A DNA stretch of 41,161 nt from IMG/VR virus record IMGVR_UViG_3300032218_004113, positions 1-41,161 of that record; one strand, 5' to 3'. The stretch's first letter is position 1. Every line of letters starts with the position of its first letter. Made by a program: the position numbers and the translations under genes. Origin of the DNA: a virus (Duplodnaviria > Caudoviricetes). A model generated the notes under the pieces. The model was not told where the DNA came from. It searched no databases and was given only the letters and a program-made list of their open reading frames with translations. Positions 5,995-17,900 of this stretch are shown piece after piece.

Positions 5995-8900
5995 ATGACA
6001 GAAACTAGAATCAAGTTTAGCAACATCGTCCAGAATCAACTTCCTTCTTATGTCAGGGAAGAATTTCCATTAGTTTCTGAATTCTTATCTCAGTATTACA
6101 TATCTCAAGAATTTAAGGGTGCTCCCGTTGATTTAATACAAAATATTGATAGTTACATAAAAATTGATGAGCAGACAAATCAAATTGAAAGTGCAATATT
6201 GTCTTCTAATATTTCAATTACTGATGATGTAATTAATGTAGTATTTAACGGAAAAATTTCAAATGGAACCTATGGATTTCCAGATTCATATGGACTAATT
6301 CAAATTGACAATGAAATTATCACATATACTGGAAAAACTGATAGTTCATTTACTGGATGTATAAGAGGTTTTAGTGGTATTACTTCTTATAATAAACAAA
6401 ATCATCCAGATGAATTAGTATTTTCTCAATCAGAAGTAGCAGAACATGCTTCTGGCGCAACAATTATTAACTTAAGTTCGCTATTCCTAAAAGAATTTTT
6501 ACTCAAGTCAAAATATCAATTAACCCCCGGATTTGAGAATAGAACTTTCTCTATAGATTTAAATCAATCTCTTTTTATTAAACAAGCAAAAGATTTTTAT
6601 AGAAGTAAAGGAACTGATGAATCTTTTAGAATTTTATTTAAAGCACTTTATGGCGAAAATGTATCGATAATTCGCCCAAGAGAATTTCTTTTCAGACCAT
6701 CAGATGCTCATTATGACGTAACCAAAGATTTGGTAGTTGAAAGTGTTTCTGGAGATCCTCTTAATCTTGAGAATTCAACCCTAATACAAGATTCTTATGG
6801 TGATATTACTAAAGCATATGCTCCTATTGCAAAAGTTGAAAAAATAATTTCTGGAATTGGAAATACTTATTATAAACTAAGTCTTGATGCTGGTTATAAC
6901 AGAGATATTATTGTAGATGGTGCAGTATATGGTAAATTTTCAATTCATCCCAAAACAAAATTAATTGGACAAGTTTCTGTCGGAACCACAGTATTATCTG
7001 TAGATTCTACTGTTGGATTCCCTCAAAGTGGTGAACTGTCAGTAACTTATAATGATGGAAGTTTGGGTACAGTATCATATTCATCAAAATCCCTTACACA
7101 ATTTTTTGGTTGTTCCAATTTAACAGCAACAATTTTAGATTCTAGTAATATTGGGATTAATACTTTTGCATATGGAATGTATGAAGGTCAGACAATAAAA
7201 GTAAAGGTAAATTGTGTCTTAGAAAATCTTGATATTGTTGACGATACTTATTATTATTCAAATGGAGATATTGCAGAAATTAAAACCCTTGGCGTCAATC
7301 CAAAAGATGCAGTTTCAAATAATTGGATATTTAACATAGCAACTTCATATGATGTTGCATCTTTTAATATACTTGATAATTCAGATAATACATATCGCAT
7401 TGTTACTACAAACGACCATATTTTTAAAATTGGGGATAAAATAAAAGTTATAAGTGAATCGGGAGTAGAAAAATCAGCAAGTGTTATTGACATTACATCA
7501 CCAAATTCTTTAACAATAAGAGGACAGGGTGAATTATTGGAGAATAACTATACTATAAAAAGAGAATTATTAAAAGTAAGATCATCAACTTTTCCATCAA
7601 CCTCAACACTAAACGCCAATGTTCAAAATATCTACAAAATAAAAGATAGAACATTAGTTGCATCGCCATCTTTACCATATTACAATAATCAAGATCTTAA
7701 TATTTCAGATAAATCTGTAATATTTTCTGGAACATTTGTTGGGGATACTTTTAAAATAACATCATCAACTGATCATGGATTTTATACTGGAGATATTGTA
7801 TATTATACTCCGGAAAAAACCACAGTTTCTTCTACTGATACTGATGGCGGAACATTAAAAACATCCACCATATCAAGTTCTTTATTTGGTGAGGGAATTT
7901 ATTACATTAAAAGAATAGATTCAAATAATATTAAATTGTCAAAAAGCAGATCAAATATAAATGATTCTAAATTTGTTTCAATTGATAACGCAACTACAGT
8001 AAATCGCAATAAAATTGAACTTTATAAATTTAAATCAAAAACTTTAAAATCACAGAAACTTTTACGAGAAATAACCTCATCAATAATTGAAGGTCAATTA
8101 TATCCAACAAAACCTGGACTAACAGGAATATTAATCAATGGTGTTGAGATATTAAACTATAAATCTACGGATACTGTTTCATATGGCGAATTAGAATCAA
8201 TTGAAGTACTTTCTCCAGGGTCTGGATACGATATTATTAATCCTCCCACTTTAAATATTGACGATTTGGTCGGAACTGGAGCTACTGGATATTGTGCAGT
8301 AAAAGGAAATTTAAAAGAAATTAGAATAGTTGATCCAGGATTTGATTACCAAGATACTCCGATTATCAAGATTACTGGAGGAAATGGTATCAATGCAAAA
8401 GCATCTGCCAATATGAAATTGGTGACTCATCAGGTGAATTTCAATTCACAATCAAATGCAGGTCTTGTTGCATTAGGAGCGACTTTATCAACGATTGGAT
8501 TTACAACATATCATAAATTTGCAAATTCTGAGAGAGTCATTTACAAGGCGAATGGTCAAAAATCTGTTGGAGGGTTATCTACAGATTCTTCATACTATGT
8601 TTCTGTCCAAACTCCATATGCAATTAAGTTGCATAAAACTTTGGACGATTCAGTATCTGGAATTAATACTATTGTTTTAACATCTTATGGGACTGGTACT
8701 CATGCAATCAAATCTTATAATAAAAAGTCCATTCTAGATTCTGTAAATATAATTAATTCTGGAAGTGGATATGAAAATAAGACCAGGACTGTTTCTTCCA
8801 GCGGAATTAGCACATCTTTAGATTCTATCGAAATAAAAAATCATGACTTTAAATCTGGAGAAATTGTATCTTATACTACTGACGGAACTTCAATTGGTGG

Positions 8901-11900
8901 ATTATCTACCAATACAAATTATTATATCACAAAGATTGATGGTGATAATTTTAAATTATCTCAAGTTGGTTTAGGTGTAACTAATCAAGATTTTTATTAC
9001 AATACAAATCAATATATTGATTTAAATTCCCCAGGATCTGGTACTCACACATTTAATTATCCAGAAATTGCTGTAGAAGTACTTGGAAATATTGGAATTT
9101 CTTCAATTAATAATGAAACATTCAAAGCAGTAGTTCAACCAATATTCAGAGGAGAAATTACTTCTATTCATTTGTCAGCAAAAGGTTCCGAATATGGAAC
9201 TTCTAATATATTAAATTATAATAGATTGCCAAATGTTACATTGAATAGTGGTTCAGGGGGACAACTTATTCCTATTATTTCTGATGGTAAAATTGCTGAA
9301 GTATTAGTTAATAGTAAGGGAAATAATTACAATTCTCCACCAATCTTGACTATCATTGGAGATGGAAGTGGTGCAGTTATAACACCAATCATACAAAATG
9401 GACAAATACAGTCAATAAAAGTTATTGAAGGAGGTACTGGATACAGTTCAGATACAACTTCAATAAAAATAACTCCTGCAGGATCTTTTGTTAAATTTTT
9501 ACCCAAAATAACAACGTGGAATGTAAACCTATTTGAAAAATATTTTTATAATATTACTAGTGACGATGGATTTATTACAGAAGGAATTAATAAAGAATAT
9601 GAATTGCAGTATTCTCATTTATATGCCCCAAGAAGACTTAGAGAAATAATTTATTCTGTTGATCAAAGCGGTAAATCTTTATATGGAAGTTCAAAGGTTG
9701 ATCTAAAAAAAGTCAATGATATTGAAGTCTCATCTTCAGATCATTCTCCAATAATTGGTTGGGCTTATGATGGAAATCCAATTTATGGGCCATATGGTTA
9801 TGTGACAAGGCAAGGTGGAATTGTATCCCAGATTAAATCTGGATATACAAAATTTTTAAAACCAAATAGACCTTCTCTGACAGAATTTCCTTTAGGATTT
9901 TTCATAGAAGATTATGTTTATCTCAAAACTAGCGATGAAACTGTTTTAGATGAAAATAACGGTAGATTTTGCGTAACACCAGAATTTCCAAATGGGACTT
10001 ATGCATATTTTGCGACCATTAATTCTTTGACAGATTCTTCAGGCGTTTTTGCTGGTTATAAGAGACCAACTTTTCCATATTTAATAGGAGAAAATTATAA
10101 ATCAAAACCAAATGAATTTAATTTTAAAAAATCATCAAATCAAGAAGAAATTGATCTCAATAAAACAAATTGGTCTAGAAATACATCTTATTATAATTTA
10201 ATTAATAAAAATGCATCATATGATTATTTGACTATACCAAATCTTTTAAATCAAACTTCAGATATTAAGTATGCGTCTCCAGGATTTATTGAAAATATTG
10301 GTATAGTTACTGGAGGTAATAATTATAAAGTGAATGATTCAGTAGTTTTTAATGAATCTGATACTTCTGGATATAATGTTAATGCTAAAGTTTCCAGATT
10401 AAAAGGAAAATCTATAAATTCCGTTAGTGTTGCGACAAGTACAATTTCAAATGTAGAAATATACCCAACAAATAATGCCGGATCGGTTGCAATTTTTGCA
10501 CCAAATCCACATAATTATTCGAATAAAGATATTATATACATGTCTGGATTGAGTACAACTTCCACATTAATTGAAGGATCATATCAAATTGGAATTTCTA
10601 CTATTAATACATTATCTCTTGTCACTGGTGTTGGGACAACAGGTGCTACTGGATTAGTGACGTATTTTTCTGTTGGAGGCAATTTAAATCCATCACATAT
10701 CCGCGAAAATGACATATTATTAATAGGAACTGAAAGAGTAAAGATTTTAAATATTGATACTCAGTCTTCAAGAATTAGAGTTTTAAGATCTGTTAATAAC
10801 AGCGTTGGATCTGCGCATACTGCTACGGAAATTTTATATGAAGATCCAAGAAAATTAATAGCAAACTCTGGGTTTAAAACTTCATATGACTATAAAATTA
10901 ACAAACAGATATACTTCAATCCATCAGAATCTGTAGGACTGGGAACTATATCTGGCGTTGGATTTGGAACAACTATATTCTTCTCAAATCCAGGTGCAGG
11001 AATTACACAAATTTTTATCCCAACCAAAACAATTTATATTCCAAATCACCAGTTAGAAACAGGTGATCAACTCACATATTCTTCAAATGGTGGAAACGCA
11101 ATAGGTGTTTCCACAAATGGAATTTCAACATCAGTTACTTTATCAAATCAATCAGTTGTTTACGTTGCAAAAATCTCAAATGATCTTATTGGAATTTCTA
11201 ATGTAAAAGTTGGACTTGGTTCTACAGGCACATTTGTGGGTATTGCATCAACAACAAGTGGATTGAGTACTTTATATTTCACAGGAATTGGTTCGGGTAC
11301 TTATCATAGTTTCCAAACAAATTATTCTGTAGTTACTGGAAAAATTTCTAAGAATTTGGTAACAGTTTCTGTTGCAGAAACTCATGGATTACAAAATAAT
11401 GATACTGTTTATATTGATATAAACCCAGCAATATCAACCTCAATTGCAGTTGCTTATAATGATTACAATAGAAAATTACTTATAAATCCAAAAACTTTTT
11501 CCTCTGTCGGAATTGACACTTCTCTAAATTCCATAACAATCCAAAATCATGGATTTATTAATGGACAGAAAGTAGTTCATACTTCATCATCACCTGCAAT
11601 AGGACTTCAAAACAATAAGATTTATCATGTAGTTATTGTTGATTCCAATACGATCAAACTTTCCAACACATATTATAGTGCAGTTAGTTTACAACCAGAA
11701 ATTGTAGGAATTACCAGTTCTTCATCCGGAACTCTTTCATCAGTCAATCCTCCAATTGAAGTTTATAAAAATTCTACAGTAATATTTGATTTATCAGATT
11801 CTTCTCTTTCTTATATAAATCAAGCAAATTCTTATCCAGCTTTTAGTTTGGAATTTTATAAAGATTCAAACTTCACTGAAGTATTCGATTCAACAAAAGA

Positions 11901-14900
11901 AAATAATATATTTGAGGTTCAAAGGTTTGGTTCAGTTGGTATAGATAGCACTGCAAAGGTAGTTCTTTCAGTTAATGAATATTTCCCCGAAAAACTTTAT
12001 TATACATTAGTTCCTGTTTACAATAGCACATTACCAATTGAAAAAGAAGAAGTAAACATAGATTCTTCTGTATTTTCAAATAATGAAATTCAAGTAAAAG
12101 TAAGTGATTATAATGGAGAATATCCAGTAACAATTGCATCTACAACATCTTTTACTTACAATTTAGCAAAAACACCAGAATCAGTTTCGTATGCATCAAG
12201 TACTTCTATACTAAATTATGATACAAATTCTTTATATGCATATGGACCAATTTCCAAAGTCGAAATTGTAAATAAGGGTCAAAATTATTATAAACTTCCT
12301 TCAATAATAAAAGTAAATTCTGGGGTAGGAACTGGTGCATTGCTTGAACCATCCAGTAAATCAATAGGAAAAATTAAAAAAACAAGGATTAAAGACATTG
12401 GATTTGATTTCCCATCAGATTTTACAATTAGTCCAAGTGCTTCTCTTCCTCAAATTGCAAAAATAGAACCTTTATCTTCATTTGAATCTATTGGTATTAG
12501 TTCTTTTGGTAGAGGTTATAATTCTGCGCCAAAATTACTTGTTTTTGATGGGAAAACTAATCAAATAGTTCCAGAAGTAGATTTAAGATATAATCTTGGA
12601 GATACTCAAGTAACTATTTTAAGAAATTCTTATGGATTGTATAATTTAACACCTACAATTTTACCAATACAAAATTCAAATGGTGTTGGTATTAGTTCTG
12701 TAGGATTTAATAAAACAACTAATGATGTAACAATTACTCTTTCTGTTGGTTTCAGTACTGCAGATTCATTCCCATTTGCAATTAATGATAAAGTTTTGGT
12801 TGAAAATATTAGTATTGGAGTTAATTCTACTGCAAGAGGTTATAATTCCTCTGATTATGGATATCAATTATTTACGATTAATTATGTGGATGCAAATCTT
12901 GGCGGAAACAATGCAACAGTTAGGTATAGTTTAAATGGATTTTTAAATTCTGGAGAAGAACCAGGAACATATGATTCATCAAATTCTTCTGGAAGAATTG
13001 TACCACAAAAATATTTCCCAATTTTCAATCCAATTCTTAAGAAAAATAATTTCTTTATTGGCGAGAATATTAAATCAAATTCAGCAAATGGTTCTGTGGG
13101 TGATTGGGAACCCAAAGTAAATCATTTAAAAATACGTTCCAAAAAAGATTTTGTTGTTGGAGAAATTGTTGAAGGATTGACATCAAAAACCCAGGGAATA
13201 ATTTCTTCTATCAACAAATTTGATTCATTCTTTAATTTAAATTCAAAATCAACGGTTGAGAAAGGTTGGCAAAATGATGCTGGATTTTTAAATGAAAATT
13301 CGCAAAGAATTCAAGATAGTTTTTATTATCAAAATTTTTCATATTCATTAAAATCTAGAGTAGACTATGATACTTGGAAAGATGTAGTTGGTACATTAAA
13401 TCATACTCTTGGATTTAGAAAATTTGCAGATTATCAGTTGGAATCTGCTTTGTCAAAATCAAATGCAAATTCAATGGTGGTTGGACTTTCAACCTATCTA
13501 ACATCAGTTGAAGTTATAAATGACATCATTGGAGTTGTTGATTTAAATTGTGTTTATGATTTTGACCTAGTTAGTGAAAACGCACTCAATATTGGTTCAT
13601 CAACATTTTCAGATGAAATAAAATTTTCAAGTAGAGTACTGACAGATTATTTTGAATCTGTTGGTAATAGAGTTTTATCTATCGATGACATTAGTTCTCA
13701 ATTTAATAGCAATCCAAGAGCAACAAGATATAGTGAAGTTCATAGATTTGATCTTACTGACGCCAGATCTCAAAAATATATTACATATATAAGAGATAAA
13801 AGATATACCGGACAAAGGCAGATAATGCTTTTGACGCTTTTGCATGACAATTCTCTTGGATATATTAATCAATATGGTAGAGTTGAATCTACTTATGATC
13901 AAGGATCATTTGACTTTGCTGTTGAGGGAAGTGAAGGTGTTATTCTTTTCTATCCAACAAAATATACAGTAAATGATTATGACGTAACTACATTAGCATA
14001 TAATTTAAAAGATAGTCTTATTGGCACTGGTACTTCTAATTTTGGAGGAATTGTTGATATAAAAACAAGTAGTGTTAGTGTTTCTTCTGGCGCAACTACA
14101 ATTGTTGGAATTGCAAATACTTATACCTCTGCAAAAGTTTTAGTTGAAATTGCAGGATCAAATGGCGATTATCAATTTGACGAATTGAGCGTTTTGCATG
14201 ACGGCACTACTGTACATTATCTTGATTATGGGCAATTAACAACAATATCCCAAGATATATACTCCAATTCTGGACTTGGTACTTATTATGCATATCTATC
14301 AGGATCGCAATTAAAAATTGATTTTACGCCCAATGTTGGAATAGCAGCAACAATTAATACAATTCAAGTTGCTATTGGAAATACGTTATCATCAGGTATT
14401 GGAACTTTTGATATGAAGCACGCCAGATTGCAAGCAACATCAACATCAATAGCTTCATCAACATCCCCAGTTGCAACAGTAATTGCAGAATATCCCGGCG
14501 AATATGATTGTTTATATGGAATACTTCAGGTTTCTGATAAAACCAATAATAGACATCAATTATCAGAAATTATTATTTTAGATGATGAAACAGAAACTTA
14601 CATTGCAGAGTATGCTCATATTGAAACTTTTGCAGGCCTTGGCACTGTGGGAGCTGCAACGACATCATCAACCAAATTAACCTTTACACCACTTCCAAAT
14701 ATTAATGTGGAAGTAAAAATATTCTTTAATGTATTGAGAAGCCAAGATGATGATAAGGATATTGTTGATTTTAACAATGCAACTATAGAAACAAACTATG
14801 GCAATTATTATGGCACAGATAGAGATATTAAAAGAGCATTTGATTTAGCGCATGAAGGTTATAAAATCTTCCAAAGATTTTTTGATGGAAGCAGTTCATC

Positions 14901-17900
14901 GATAGTTAACCTCTCATCAAATACTATATCTCTGCCTAATCATTTCTTTGTTACTGGCGAAGAAGTGGTCTATAGTAACGCAGGATCTGGAACTACTACA
15001 GCAATTGGAATCGCAACTACAACTTTTGTAGGTATCGGTTCCACTGACAAATTGCCTTCAAGTGTTTATGTAGTAAAATTAAATAACAATTCAATTAGAC
15101 TTGCAAGAAGTGCAGAAGATGCTTTGAAGTCAGTTCCCGCAGTTTTAGATTTTACAAGTGTTGGTATTGGAACTACACATGCATTTACTTCCAAAAATCA
15201 AAATGCTAAGGTGATAGTTGCAATTGATAATCTTATACAATCACCAATTGTTGCATCTGCAGTAACTACAACATTGGCAATTAATGCGTATACAACTGAT
15301 GATTTACTATATTTCACAGGAATAACATCATTCTTTGGTGGTGATTTAATTAAAATTGGTAGCGAAATTATGAAAATAGATGGGGTTGGTATTGGTAGCA
15401 CCAATTCCGTAAGGGTTCGTAGACCTTGGTTGGGAACTATTGTTGCCGGATATTCCACTGGAACTTTAGTTACAAAAGTACTTGGAAATTATAATATTGT
15501 CGATAACACTCTCAATTTTGTTGAAGCTCCATATGGAAATATTCCATTAAGTACTACTACTAATCCCCCAGACGAAAGAGACTGGTTGAGAATATCAACT
15601 TCCTCCAGTTTCCAAGGAAGAAGTTTCTTGAGGTCCGGTACACAAAATACAACAAATGAAACTTATTATAAAAATTATATTTTTGATGATATTTCATCCA
15701 AATTTAATGCCACTCAAAGAGATTTTGCTTTGAAGTCAAACAGATCTGATGTGACTGGAATATCTGCAGAAAATGCCATCATTTTAGTAAATGATATATT
15801 CCAATCCCCAGGTCTAACTGCCGGATATACACTATCCGAAAGTGCTGGAATAACAACAATTCGTTTTGTTGGAACTGCAGTTTCTTCCGTATATGATGTA
15901 AACACTTCCAATTTGCCAACAGGTGGCATTATTGTGTCTGTTGGATCAAAAGAAGGATTTGGGTATCAACCTTTAGTTTCTGCTGGAGGTACTGCTATAA
16001 TATCTGGATTGGGTACAATTTCTTCAATTAGTATTGGAAATAGTGGATCTGGATATCGTGCAGGTGTACAAACTGTTAGGGTTGGTGTTGGAACTTCTTC
16101 AACAGCAGTTCCTAATATTGAATTTATAGGAACAGCAACAGTTTCTAACGGACATATTGTTAGCATTGCAGTAACCAATCCAGGTACTGGATATACATCA
16201 ACAAATGCACCATATGTCTTTATTGATGCCCCATTATCATATTCAAATATTCCATTAGTTTATAGTTCTTCATCCGCAAGTGGTTTAGGAACTCAAGCAG
16301 TTATTGATATTGTTGTTGGACAAGGTTCCAGTATTATAGATTTTGAAATTAAAAATACTGGATATGGATATGATATAGGGCAAATTTTAACGGTTCCAAT
16401 TGGGGGACTTATTGGAATTCCAACAACTTCAAGTTTTAGCGAATTCCAAATAAGTATTCAAAATACATTTAGTGATAAATTTACTGGATGGTCTATTGGA
16501 GAATTACAGTTATTAGATAGCATTGATAGTTTATTTGATGGAAAAAAGGTGGTTTTCCCAATCAAATATCAAGGCAATCTAGTTTCTATACTTTCGTCAA
16601 AAGGATCAAATATTAGTGTACAAGATTCACTCCTTGTTTTTATAAATGATGTACTTCAAGTTCCAGGTAAAGGTTATATTTTTCCAGGGGGAAGTACAAT
16701 AACATTTACTGAACCTCCAAAATCGGGAGATGTATCAAAAATCATTTTTTATAAAGGAAGTGGTTCTGTTGATGTTATTGAAAGAAATATCTTAGAAACT
16801 GTAAAAATTGGTGATGAGTTGACTATTGGATATGATTCGTCTATAGGACAAAATTCAACATTACAAGAAGAATCAAGAACGGTTACAAACATAAATTCAA
16901 CAGATCTTATCAACACAAATCCTTATTTTGGTCCAGGAAATAGTGGTGATGAAACATTATTAAGACCCATTGTTTGGTGTCGTCAAACTGAAGATAAAAT
17001 TGTTGATGAAAAAGGTGTTGGAAAGGATCGTATTCTTTATGAAGCTTCAATTTATCCAACATCATACCTCATTCAATCAGTTGGAATAGGATCCACGATT
17101 GCTTTTGTCCAAAGTATTAGACCTTTCTTTAATGCAATTAATGAAAATAATACTTCATTATCTTTCCAAAAGGATATTACATTAATATCTCAAGATCCTA
17201 AAGTAGCGGCTGCAGCAACGGCAATTGTATCTGCTGCCGGAACAATTTCATCAATCATTCTTTCCGATGGTGGAGTCGGTTATACAAATTCCCCAACAAT
17301 AATTATTGAAAATCCTGTTGGACTTGGAACTACCCAAAGGGCATCTGCAATTACATCAATTACTTCAGGGATTGTTACTTCTATTTCTATAACTGGACCA
17401 GGAACAGGATACGTTGTATCAAATCCGCCAGTTGTTTTAATAGAATCACCAACTTTCCAATTTGAAAATAATACTGTTATTTCTTTTGAGGGTGATTTCG
17501 GTATCATTTCTGGAATATCAACAACTTCCGTTGGAGTTGCATCAACAGGAATTGTATTTGATTTTGTCATTCCAAAAGATTCTTTCCTCAGAAATCCTTC
17601 AATAACAGGCGTAACTACTATCAGTGAGATTCAAACTGGTTATTACTTTGTTATTAATAATTCTAATGTTGGAAAAGGATTGACTTCTCTCAATTCTTTA
17701 GGAACAACCGTTGGGGTCGGATCTACTTTCTTAGATAATGTTTATCAGGTAGCATCAGTTTCAATAGCACAAACATCCGTAACTGGTCTTGGAGTTACTT
17801 ATGTTGCAAAAGTAACAGTAAGTGTTTCTGATTATAATGGATTAACTGGAATTGGATTTAGTAATTTTTATGGCGAATATAGTTGGGGTAGGGTTGTTCT

